NCBI GenBank assembly: GCA_036275915.1
Contig: DASUCV010000004.1
Coordinates: 662,204-726,203 of the forward strand
Length of the DNA: 64,000 bases
Reading direction: 5' to 3'
Source of the DNA: Candidatus Polarisedimenticolaceae bacterium
GTDB taxonomy: Bacteria; Acidobacteriota; Polarisedimenticolia; Polarisedimenticolales; DASRJG01
Below, piece by piece: positions 23,281 through 32,088 of the stretch. The position numbers and the translations under genes are program-made. The notes below the pieces were generated by a model, which saw only the letters and a list, made by a program, of their open reading frames with translations, did not search any database and had not been told where the DNA came from. Numbering within the stretch: position 1 is the first letter of the stretch; each line of letters opens with the position of its first letter.

Positions 23281-25929
23281 CTACGGAATCGCTGCGAGCT
23301 GTCCGGCGATCGCCGTGGCGCGCTTCTCGCCCAGGTGGACCCGCAGGCGATCCATCTCGCGCTCGAGGAGCTGACGGAACGCCGATCCCGCGTCGTCGAG
23401 ACGGCGCTCGACGATCGCCTTGCGCAGAGCCTCCGGGTCCCAGGAGCCGTCGGCCCTGAGCTCGGCGGTCGCGAAGATCTCGGAGTAGCCGTTCGCGAGC
23501 GAGGCGCGGCACGACCGCACGAAGTTCGCGGCCCCCGCGCCGACCTCGGTGCGGAGGGCGCGGAACAGGATGACGTGACGCGCGTTGAAGCCGGCGATCT
23601 CCCCTTCGAGCGCGGCGGGAGGATCCCAGGCAGGCCCGGGCGGTACCGGTTCAGGCTCCGGCGCGACCGGCATCTCGACAGGAGGTGCCTCCGCCGTGAC
23701 GATGGCTGGCGCGGGAGCCGGGGTCGAGGCCGGGGCCGGAACTTGCGGCCGTAATGCGGCGTCGACTTCTTCCGGCGAGATGCGCATCGTGTGGCCCGCT
23801 TCGAGCGCCGAGGCCTGGATCTCCGCGGCCAAGTCGGCGAATGACGCCGACGGCTCTGGCTCGGGCTCGACCTCGGGAGCGGCGGCGACCGGCTCGGGCT
23901 CGGGCAGCGGTGCCGCCCCCGGAGCGTCCACCTCGAATTCGCGTGGCGCATCGGCCGGGCGCATGTCGACCTTCATGTCCTCGAGCCCGGTGCCGGGCGC
24001 GCCCAGCTCGAACCGAGGCAGGCCGTCGTCGGCCGCCACCGCCGGCTCGGGCTCGGGCTCCGGCTGCGGCTCCGACTGCGGCGCGGCCGCCTGGGGCATC
24101 TCGATCGTGGGCGGCTCGTGCATGGTCTCGTCGAGGGCGGGAGCCTCGTAGGGGATCTCTTCGACCGCGGGCGGCGGCTCGGGCTGCGTCTCGAAGACGG
24201 CCTCGCTCTCGATCTCGGGCTCCGGTTCCGGCTCCGGCATCCGCGGACGGTAGCCCTCGGGTGGCTTCTCCGCGGCGAGCCGCCACGGCTCGGAGACGAT
24301 CTCGGCCGTTTCGTCCGCGGCCGAGAGCGGGACCGGCTGCGGGTCTCCGGCGGTCTCCGAGACGGCGGCGACCTCCGGCTCTTCGATGGGCGCTTCGACC
24401 GGCGTCGCCACCGGCGCATCGGCCGGCGTGAGGATCGCGTCGACGGAGGCTTCGAGAGCCGCCTCGCCGATGGCGCCGAGGAGGCGGAGCGCCCAGAGGA
24501 TCTGACACGAGCGGAAGTCGCCGAGCACGCTCTCGCGGCAAACCTCGACGACCGACTTCGGCGTCTTGAGGAGCGAGATCAGCTCCCACTCCTCGGGACC
24601 GACGCTCATGCGGTCGAGGACCGCCAGGTACTGCGGCTTCAGGACGAGGCGGGCGCCGAGGCCGCCGCACCCGTCCCGCACGCGCGTCCACGACGTGACG
24701 CGGCGGACGCCCGCGAAGACGAGATCCTCGACGCTCCGGTGAAGGGTGATCTCCTCGATCGTCGGCAGCTCACCGGCTGCGAACGACCAGTCGCCCTCGT
24801 CCCAGCGGAACGTGTCGAACACGATCTCGGAGAGCTGCTCGCGCACGGAGGTGCGAAGGTCGCTCTCGTCGATGACGCCCATCTCGAGGAGGATCGTCCC
24901 GATGCGCTTGTTCGAGAGCCGGCGCCGCGCGGCTTCCTCACGATCGCGCAGCGAGATGACGCCGCGGCGGAGGAGGTAAGCGACGAGACCGTCGTCGATC
25001 GAGCTCGACGTGGAGAAGATGCACATCCCCTCCTTGATGTGGAGGGTGCGCTCGAGCGTTCCGCGCGTGACGCGGAGGACGCCCGTGACGCCTTCGCCGC
25101 TCAGCCTGACGAGCAGCTCCGGAAGACCGACGCGATCGAGCCGTCCGTCGGTCGCCTGGCGCGAGGGCGCATCCGCCGGGCGGTCGACCTCGTGAACGAT
25201 GCCGAGGATGCGGAACGCCCAGAGCGCCTGGTACAGCTCGTAGTTCGAGAGGAAGACCTCGCGGCAGAGGCCGTCGATCGAGATGCCGGCGGCGGGCGCC
25301 GCCTCGAGGTGCTGGAGGAGCACACGCTCGCCGTCCCTGATCTCGAGACCATCGAGCTGCGAGGCCCAGCCCGCGTCGAGACGGTAACGGGTCTGGAGCG
25401 AGCCGACGCTCTTGCGGATCCGGCTGAAGGACCGGATCTGACGGATGCCTTGGAGGAGGACCTCGGCGGTCCTCATGTTCAGGGTGACGACTTCTTCCGT
25501 CGGCAACGGCCCTTCGGCGAAGGCGTAGTCGCCGTCCTCCAACGGAAAGAGACCGAGGACGATCGCCTTGACCTGGTTGAGGACCCCGCGGACGAGGTTC
25601 TCCGGCGAGAGATGGCCCGACTCGACGAGGATCGCTCCCAACCGCTTCCCGCCCGACAGGCGCATGATCGCGCGCTCGAGCTGGTCGAGCGTCACCACCC
25701 CTTCGCGGAGGAGCAGCTCACCCAACCGGTCGTTGGGGTCCGAGGACGCCGCGAAGACGATCCGTCCGGCGTCGATGTAGACCTTCCTCGTGATCCCTCG
25801 CGTGCCGATGTGCAGCACCCCGGTCGAACGATGGCGGCAGAGGTCCCAGAGGAGATCGGGAACACTGATCCCCTGCAGCCGCCCGCTGAGCAGGCTCGAA
25901 GGGAGCCGAGATCCGTTGCTTCCATCCAT
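23281..25929 (-). CDS. Tandem DUF4388-domain protein with Pro/Glu-rich linker
   Basis: Two copies of G.L....PDLL..L.....TGVL...G..(V/I)F..S...(D/L)G..L. EPEP-rich linker and helical C-domain. ATG 25929. Confidence 0.8.
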   Translation of the reverse strand: MDGSNGSRLPSSLLSGRLQGISVPDLLWDLCRHRSTGVLHIGTRGITRKVYIDAGRIVFAASSDPNDRLGELLLREGVVTLDQLERAIMRLSGGKRLGAILVESGHLSPENLVRGVLNQVKAIVLGLFPLEDGDYAFAEGPLPTEEVVTLNMRTAEVLLQGIRQIRSFSRIRKSVGSLQTRYRLDAGWASQLDGLEIRDGERVLLQHLEAAPAAGISIDGLCREVFLSNYELYQALWAFRILGIVHEVDRPADAPSRQATDGRLDRVGLPELLVRLSGEGVTGVLRVTRGTLERTLHIKEGMCIFSTSSSIDDGLVAYLLRRGVISLRDREEAARRRLSNKRIGTILLEMGVIDESDLRTSVREQLSEIVFDTFRWDEGDWSFAAGELPTIEEITLHRSVEDLVFAGVRRVTSWTRVRDGCGGLGARLVLKPQYLAVLDRMSVGPEEWELISLLKTPKSVVEVCRESVLGDFRSCQILWALRLLGAIGEAALEASVDAILTPADAPVATPVEAPIEEPEVAAVSETAGDPQPVPLSAADETAEIVSEPWRLAAEKPPEGYRPRMPEPEPEPEIESEAVFETQPEPPPAVEEIPYEAPALDETMHEPPTIEMPQAAAPQSEPQPEPEPEPAVAADDGLPRFELGAPGTGLEDMKVDMRPADAPREFEVDAPGAAPLPEPEPVAAAPEVEPEPEPSASFADLAAEIQASALEAGHTMRISPEEVDAALRPQVPAPASTPAPAPAIVTAEAPPVEMPVAPEPEPVPPGPAWDPPAALEGEIAGFNARHVILFRALRTEVGAGAANFVRSCRASLANGYSEIFATAELRADGSWDPEALRKAIVERRLDDAGSAFRQLLEREMDRLRVHLGEKRATAIAGQLAAIP

Positions 25930-26073
25930 GCGCGTCCCGCCGGCGGAACACCCGATCAGCGGACCCCGACCCGTGCCTGGGAATCCCGGACCGCTGGGGA
26001 GTCCTACCCCGCTTCGTAAACTTAGTCCGATTACGAAAGCGGTCAAGGAAAGCCCGGAAAGGGCTGAGGACGG

Positions 26074-26244
26074 CTAGCGGGACGGCCGCGCGTTCTCGAC
26101 GATCATGTCCGGAATCCCGTCCTCGATCGCGTAGAGGCGGGCGCACGCATCGCAGACCAGCCCGTCTTCCGCCGGCAGCAGGCGGAGCGTCCCCTTGCAG
26201 GCCGGACAACGGAGCATCTCCTTGAGCCGAGCGTCGAGTGTCAT
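26074..26244 (-). CDS. Trm112/YcaR-family protein
   Basis: MTLDARLKEMLRCPACKGTL...LVCDACARLYAIEDGIPDM. Confidence 0.92.
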   Translation of the reverse strand: MTLDARLKEMLRCPACKGTLRLLPAEDGLVCDACARLYAIEDGIPDMIVENARPSR

Positions 26245-26303
26245 GAGCGCTGTATACAACGAACGACGGCCGCGACGCAAAACCCCCAACCTATACTGCG
26301 CCG

Positions 26304-27407
26304 ATGCTCGGCATCCGCGCGTTGGACGAGCGCCTCCGCGAAGGCGGCCGCGGGCTGACGGTCCTCGTCATCCGGCTCGGGGCGATGGGCGACATCGTGC
26401 GCACGCTCCCCGCGGTCCGGCTCGTGCGCTTCGCGCTCCCCGACGCCAGGATCTGCTGGGTCGCCTGGGAGCCCTGGACCGAGATCATCGAAGCGAACGA
26501 GGAGATCGACGAGGTCGTCCACCTTCCTCGCGGCCGCCTGCGCCGCCTGGTCCGTTCCCCGGGAGGCTGGCCCGGCGCCGCGAACCTCACGCGCGAGCTC
26601 TTGGGGCGCGTGCGCGGCCTCCACGCCGACCTGGTCCTCGATTTTCACGGCGACTTGCGGGCCGGTCTCATCGGCCGCTGGTCGGGGGCGGACGTGCGGC
26701 TGGGGTACGCGGGCCACCAGCAGAAGGAGGGCAACAGGCTGTTCACGACCCATCGCGTCCCGCCGGGCGACCGGCGCACGCCGCGGATGGAGCGGAACCT
26801 CGACCTCGTGCGCGCGCTCGGCTTCCCCGTCCGTCCGGTTCCCGACGCAGGTCTCTCGATCCCTCGTTCCGATGCGCGTGCGGCCGCCGACATCGCGGCC
26901 GCTTTACCGGGCGCGCCGCGCCCTTACGCGGTTCTCGGTCCCGGCGCGAGTGTGCGCCAGGCGTACAAGAAGCCGCCCGCGGCGCTCTTCGCGGCCGCCG
27001 CCGCGGCGCTCGAGCGGAGCGGCGTGGTGCCGGTCGTCGCGGCCGGGCCGGGCGAGGAAGACGACGCGCGCGCGGTCGCCGCGGCGGCCGGCGGGCGCGT
27101 ATCGATCGCGCCCGCGACGTCGCTCCTCACGCTCGCCGCGCTGCTACGCGGTGCGAAGCTCTTCGTGGGCGGCGACACCGGACCCCTCCACCTCGCGTGC
27201 GGGGTCGGCTGCCCAGTCGTCGGCCTGTACGGGCCGACCGATCCGCTCGTGAACTCGCCTTGGAACGTCCCGTTCGCGGCGCTCTCCCCGCCGGGCAGGA
27301 CCTACACCGGCATCAAGGCGAAGGATCGTGTCGCCGGCGGCTTCGATGGACTCGCTCCGGAAGTGGTCGGACCGGCCGTCGGCGAAGTCCTCGCCGTCCG
27401 TGCCTAG
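26304..27407 (+). CDS. Glycosyltransferase family 9 (LPS heptosyltransferase-like)
   Basis: IRLGAMGDIVRTLP, DFHG, FVGGDTGPLHLA, LYGPTDP. Confidence 0.92.
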   Translation: MLGIRALDERLREGGRGLTVLVIRLGAMGDIVRTLPAVRLVRFALPDARICWVAWEPWTEIIEANEEIDEVVHLPRGRLRRLVRSPGGWPGAANLTRELLGRVRGLHADLVLDFHGDLRAGLIGRWSGADVRLGYAGHQQKEGNRLFTTHRVPPGDRRTPRMERNLDLVRALGFPVRPVPDAGLSIPRSDARAAADIAAALPGAPRPYAVLGPGASVRQAYKKPPAALFAAAAAALERSGVVPVVAAGPGEEDDARAVAAAAGGRVSIAPATSLLTLAALLRGAKLFVGGDTGPLHLACGVGCPVVGLYGPTDPLVNSPWNVPFAALSPPGRTYTGIKAKDRVAGGFDGLAPEVVGPAVGEVLAVRA

Positions 27408-27727
27408 TCGTCGAGCGCGTCGAGGAGGAACCGGATCTCGGCGGCGAGACCGTCGTGCCCGTTCGCGAGCGCGACGTCGATCCCACGCCGGTAGGCGTCG
27501 GCCGCTGCCGCACGCTCGCCGGTCCGCTCGCGGCAAAGACCCAGGCTCTTGAGCGCCGCTCCTTCGTCGCCCGGGGCGAGTGCCACGTAAGCCTCGTACT
27601 GGGCCGCAGCTTCCGGGAACGCCTCGATTCGGAACAGCTCGTGCGCGAGGAAGTAACGGGCGCGCGGGTCGTCCGGCATCTTGGCCACCATCGCCTTCAG
27701 TGCCTCGAGGCGGGATCCCTTCGTCAT
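27404..27727 (-). CDS. Small TPR protein
   Basis: MTKGSRLEALKAMVAKMPDDPRARYFLAHE...AADAYRRGI. Confidence 0.8.
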   Translation of the reverse strand: MTKGSRLEALKAMVAKMPDDPRARYFLAHELFRIEAFPEAAAQYEAYVALAPGDEGAALKSLGLCRERTGERAAAADAYRRGIDVALANGHDGLAAEIRFLLDALDD

Positions 27728-28536
27728 GTTCCGGTGATCCTCCAGCGCGCACGGTGAGCGGCGAGCGCGAGCCGCCCGACGGCGCGCCCGCGCTCGAGCC
27801 TGGCGCGCAAGCTCGCGTCGTCCCCGGCATAGAGCTCGTACCAGAGGGGCTCGGAGCCGGGGCCGAGCGCTCCGGCGCACCCCGTGATCTTCGCGCACGA
27901 GCGCTCGAGCCGGCGAATCGCCGCCTGCCGCTCCGCGAACGGCGCCCCTCCGTCGAGGAAGCGCGCGCGATCGAAGTCGATGATCGCGACCGCAGTCTCG
28001 CGGACGAGCACGTTGCCGAGATTGAGGTCCGGGTGGATGACGCCGTGGTCGTGCATCGCGCGCACCGCGGCGAGCGCCGCCGCGAGCGCGTGCTCGTCGA
28101 GCGTCCCGCGGCGGGCGCGCGACCCCATGTCCTCGAACCCGTCGAGCTCGCGTACGGCGAAGAATCCGCGCGCCATGCGTCCGGGGCCGAGGGTGACGAG
28201 GAGCGCGACCGCCGCCGCCGTCGGCACGCCGCGGGCGGCGGCCTCGACGGTCGCGCGCAAGATCGAGACCGGTCGTGAAACGCCCGGGTACCGGTCACGC
28301 CACATCGCTCCCAGAACGCCTCCGCGTCCGAGCGCTTTGAGGCGCCAATCCCCGAGGATGGCTGTTCCGCGGCGCCCTCCCGCGACGGGAGCGGAAAGCG
28401 CACGCTCCCACGTCTCTTCGCGGTCGAGACCGGCGCCGAGGACGGCGGTCAGCGCTGCCGAGTCCGCGTAGAGCGCCCGTCTCTCGTCGTCACGTCGCGT
28501 GAAGCCGGCGGGCGGCTCGGGCCACCCGCCGCTCAC
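27724..28536 (-). CDS. Kdo/WaaP/InaA-family lipopolysaccharide kinase
   Basis: GGRRG, MHDHGVIHPDLNLGNVL, IIDFDRA, RLERSCAK. GTG 28536 overlaps the tatC stop. Confidence 0.85.
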   Translation of the reverse strand: MSGGWPEPPAGFTRRDDERRALYADSAALTAVLGAGLDREETWERALSAPVAGGRRGTAILGDWRLKALGRGGVLGAMWRDRYPGVSRPVSILRATVEAAARGVPTAAAVALLVTLGPGRMARGFFAVRELDGFEDMGSRARRGTLDEHALAAALAAVRAMHDHGVIHPDLNLGNVLVRETAVAIIDFDRARFLDGGAPFAERQAAIRRLERSCAKITGCAGALGPGSEPLWYELYAGDDASLRARLERGRAVGRLALAAHRARWRITGT

Positions 28537-29285
28537 CGCGCCTTCTCCGGTTTGTTCCGCGACGCGAGCCAGGCGAACGCGATGCCCAGGAGGTAGAGCA
28601 CGATCATCGGCGCGGCGAAGATCGACATCGTGAGCGCGTCGCCCGAGGGGGTGACGACCGCCGCGACGATCGCGATGACCATGATGGCGATGCGGAAGTG
28701 CCGCCAGAGGAAGCCCGGCGTGATGATGCCGAACCGGGCGAGGATGAGGATGACGACCGGCATCTCGAACACGGCGCCGGCCCCGAGCAGCATCTTGTTC
28801 TCGAACTCGAACGCCGATTCCAGCGTGAGCTGCGCCTTGAACTGTCCGCCGAGCGAGAGGAGCCAGCTCGCGCACGCCGGCAGCGCGACGTAGTAGCCGA
28901 ACGCGCCGCCCGCCAGGAAGAACGCCGTGCCGAGCACGATGAAGACGACGCCTGCGCGCCGCTCCCCCCGGTAGAGCCCCGGCGCGACGAACCCCCAGAG
29001 CTGCCAGAGGATGATCGGCGCCGCGAGGAAGAGCGCCCCGATCGCCGAGGCCTTCATGTAGACCATGAACGGCTCGGTGAGCGAGATGAAGATGATGTCA
29101 CCTCCCGCGAACATGTGCTGCTTGATCGGCCGCATGAGGAACTCGAGGATGCGGTCGGAGACGAACCAGCAGAGCGCCATGAGCGCGAGGTAGACGATGG
29201 CGATGCGGAACAGCCTCGACCTCAGCTCGTCGAGGTGCTCCAGGAACCCCATCGATTTCTCAGTGGACGGTGTCGGGTCCGCCAT
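28533..29285 (-). CDS. tatC: Twin-arginine translocase subunit TatC
   Basis: MGFLEHLDELRSRL, WQLWGFVAPGLY, FEMPV, AAVVTPSGD. Confidence 0.97.
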   Translation of the reverse strand: MADPTPSTEKSMGFLEHLDELRSRLFRIAIVYLALMALCWFVSDRILEFLMRPIKQHMFAGGDIIFISLTEPFMVYMKASAIGALFLAAPIILWQLWGFVAPGLYRGERRAGVVFIVLGTAFFLAGGAFGYYVALPACASWLLSLGGQFKAQLTLESAFEFENKMLLGAGAVFEMPVVILILARFGIITPGFLWRHFRIAIMVIAIVAAVVTPSGDALTMSIFAAPMIVLYLLGIAFAWLASRNKPEKAR

Positions 29286-29640
29286 CGCTCGCCGCCGGAG
29301 AGGCTTCGGGTTTGGCTCCGGTTTCCGGAGCCTCCGTCGTTTCCGGCGCTTTCCGGGAATCCTCGGGAGTAAGGGTCGTCGCGGCGACGACGTCGGCGAT
29401 CATTCCGCGCGCGAGCGTGTCGGGCCGCGCCGTGCTCTCGATCGCGCGCTTGGTCTCCTTGAGCGAGTCGAGCTCGACCTCGCGCTCGAGGCTCGTCTTG
29501 AACTCGTTCGTCGCGCGGCGGAAATCGGCCATCGCTTTGCCCAGAGTCCGGCCGATTTCGGGGAGCCTTCGCGGTCCGAAGAGGAGGAGCGCGATGACGA
29601 AAAGGAGGATGACCTCGGAGCCGCCCAGAGAGCCGAACAC
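29260..29640 (-). CDS. TatA/TatB-family translocase subunit
   Basis: VFGSLGGSEVILLFVIALLLFGPRRLPEIGRTLGKAMADFRR. Directly upstream of tatC. Confidence 0.93.
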   Translation of the reverse strand: MFGSLGGSEVILLFVIALLLFGPRRLPEIGRTLGKAMADFRRATNEFKTSLEREVELDSLKETKRAIESTARPDTLARGMIADVVAATTLTPEDSRKAPETTEAPETGAKPEASPAASDGGPDTVH

Positions 29641-29779
29641 GATCCGGAGGCTATCCTCGGGCAAGGAGGGTGTCAAGAAACGTCGGTGCGAAGCGGATTG
29701 ACTCGAAGTCATTGCCGCGGGTAGGACGTCACCCTATACTTTTGTGGCTCCCAACCTAAGGAGTGATGGAGTAAACCAG

Positions 29780-31429
29780 ATGAGCCGATCGACGCGCGGT
29801 ACAGTCGGATGGACCGTCCTCTTTCTCGGTGGAGGTTGCCTGCTGGGCGGGCTGCTCTCCGGCCGTGCGGTGGCCGACGCGGACAAGGCCGCCGCCCCCG
29901 TGCGAACGTTCGGACACATCCTCGCCCTCGTCGAGGACGACTCGGTGGCGAAGGCCAAGCCCGAGGAGCTCGTCGAGGACGCGATCCAGGGGATGCTGCA
30001 CACGCTCGATCCCCACAGCAATTACCTGAACCGCGAGGCCTATTCGGAGATGCGCGACGAGCAGCGCGGCATGTTCTACGGCCTCGGTATCCAGATCAGC
30101 AAGCGCGGCCCCGACAAGCCGCTCACGATCATCGCGCCGATCGACGGAACCCCCGCCGCGAAGGCCGGTCTCCAGCCGGGCGACGTCATCGCCAAGATCG
30201 AAGGCCAGGACACGAGCGGCCTCACCGTGCAAGACGCGGTGCGCAAGCTCAAGGGCGAGAAGGGCACGAAGGTCACGATCACGATCCAGCGCCCCGGCGA
30301 AGACGCCGCGTTCGACGTGTCGCTCATGCGCGACGAGATCCCGACGCACAGCATCGCGCACGCGTTCATGGTGAAGCCGAATGTCGGATTGATCCGCATC
30401 TCGAACTTCACGAGCACGACGACCGCCGAGCTCGACGACGCGATCGGCAAGCTCAAGACGCAGGGGATGACGCGGCTGATCATCGACCTCCGCAGCAACC
30501 CCGGCGGCCTGCTCGATCAGGCGGTGGGCGTCGCGAGCCGGTTCATCCCCGAGGGCAAGCTCGTCGTCTACACGCGCGGGCGCATCGCCGGGTCCGATCA
30601 GGACTACACGGCGAAGGGCGACCACCGCACGGAGGCCCCGCTCGTCGTGCTCGTCGATCACAGCTCGGCCTCCGCGAGCGAGATCGTCTCGGGCTGCATC
30701 CAGGATCACGACCGCGGCCTCGTCGTCGGCGAGACGACGTTCGGCAAGGGCCTCGTCCAGCGTGTCTACCCGCTGCGCGACGGCGGGGCGCTCGCGCTCA
30801 CGACGGCGAAGTACTACACGCCGTCGGGCCGCCTCATCCAGCGCGATTACTCCGCCGATCTCGACGACTACTTCCTCGAAGGCGAGCTGGGCGACGACAA
30901 CGCGCCCGCTCCCAACCCCGAGACGACGAGCCGCGAGGTGCGGCGCACCGACTCCGGCCGCACGGTCTTCGGCGGCGGCGGGATCACGCCCGACTACACG
31001 GTCCACGGCGAGAAGGAGCCGCTCGTCCTCTCGAAGATGCGCCGGGACAATCTCTTCTTCGACTACGCGGTCAAGTACGTCGCCGCGCACCCGGATCTCA
31101 AGCCCGGATTCGCCGCCGACGACACTATCGTGAACGACTTCCGCACGTTCCTCGGAGCGCACCAGTTCAAGTACGAGCCGGCGCAGCTCGAGGCCGCGCG
31201 CGCTCCGATGGAGCTTCGCCTGCGCTCGCAGATCGCCCGCGTGAAGTGGGGCGCCGAGGCGGAGAGCAAGGTCCTGGCGGAAGGCGACTCGCAGATCCAG
31301 AAGGCGCTCACCGTCTTCGACGAGGCGGCGAAGCTCGCCCAGGCCGGCGAGCTCGGCCGCCGCGAGAAGGAAGAGAAGGGCCAGGACAAGCCGCCGGTCG
31401 AGCTGAAGGCGTCGTCTCCGTCGAGCTAG
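29780..31429 (+). CDS. S41 carboxy-terminal processing protease (CtpA/Prc-like, PDZ)
   Basis: TLDPHSNY, FYGLGI, DLRSNPGGLL, SASASEIV, TFGKGLVQ, AKYYTPSGR. Confidence 0.95.
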   Translation: MSRSTRGTVGWTVLFLGGGCLLGGLLSGRAVADADKAAAPVRTFGHILALVEDDSVAKAKPEELVEDAIQGMLHTLDPHSNYLNREAYSEMRDEQRGMFYGLGIQISKRGPDKPLTIIAPIDGTPAAKAGLQPGDVIAKIEGQDTSGLTVQDAVRKLKGEKGTKVTITIQRPGEDAAFDVSLMRDEIPTHSIAHAFMVKPNVGLIRISNFTSTTTAELDDAIGKLKTQGMTRLIIDLRSNPGGLLDQAVGVASRFIPEGKLVVYTRGRIAGSDQDYTAKGDHRTEAPLVVLVDHSSASASEIVSGCIQDHDRGLVVGETTFGKGLVQRVYPLRDGGALALTTAKYYTPSGRLIQRDYSADLDDYFLEGELGDDNAPAPNPETTSREVRRTDSGRTVFGGGGITPDYTVHGEKEPLVLSKMRRDNLFFDYAVKYVAAHPDLKPGFAADDTIVNDFRTFLGAHQFKYEPAQLEAARAPMELRLRSQIARVKWGAEAESKVLAEGDSQIQKALTVFDEAAKLAQAGELGRREKEEKGQDKPPVELKASSPSS

Positions 31430-32088
31430 TCCTCGATCATCGCGAGCTTCGCCGAGAGAGGCGCTCGATGGAAGCGTCTCAGCGTCTCGAGCCGTCTTCC
31501 GGCGGGCTCGCGCTCCAGGCCCCGGAGGAAGCGGATCGCGAAGCGCGCGGCGTCGTCGTAGCGCGCCTTCGTACCCGGGCTCTCGTGCTCCTCACGGTAT
31601 TCCCGCTTGTGGAAGAGGTGGTGGCGGAGCCAGACGCGGCGTCCGGCGCCCGCGTCCGGCCGCTGCCGCGCCAGGACGTGCGACAGCACGAGGTCCTTGC
31701 TCACGTTGGCCTGCAGCTCCAGCTCGAGGAGCGTGACGGGTCGGCCTTCGTGGAATCTCTCCGCGGCGACGAGCAGGTGATCGATCTCCTCGACGAGCAC
31801 CGCGAAGGCGTCGACGTTCCGGTCGGTGAGAGCCCGCTGTGGCGGATGCGCCTCGAGGTGGCGGATCATCGCGTCGGGAAAGTAGATGCACGCGCGCAGG
31901 CCCGGCCCCGACTCGCGGAGGAGGAGCCGCCCTCCCTCCCCTTCGGAGCGCGCGACGGCGAGGTGCTCGCCGTAGAGCGTCTTGAAGCCGGCGTCGCCGA
32001 TGACATAGCGGCCGACCGGCAAGAGCGGGGCGCGAAGCGCGTAGGTCCGCCTCAGGCTCCCCGCGATCGCGTCGACGAGCGTCGTCAT
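31426..32088 (-). CDS. Conserved hypothetical protein with a zincin-like EExxH...ELELQAN motif
   Basis: C-terminal 220 aa of ORF 31426..33417 from ATG 32088 (MTTLVDAIAGSL). ATGA-coupled to the AAA gene. Confidence 0.75.
   Translation of the reverse strand: MTTLVDAIAGSLRRTYALRAPLLPVGRYVIGDAGFKTLYGEHLAVARSEGEGGRLLLRESGPGLRACIYFPDAMIRHLEAHPPQRALTDRNVDAFAVLVEEIDHLLVAAERFHEGRPVTLLELELQANVSKDLVLSHVLARQRPDAGAGRRVWLRHHLFHKREYREEHESPGTKARYDDAARFAIRFLRGLEREPAGRRLETLRRFHRAPLSAKLAMIED

Noticed and set aside
23600..24420. GGCTCG-type short tandem repeats
   Set aside because: They encode the EPEP linker of the DUF4388 protein and are not a separate repeat element.
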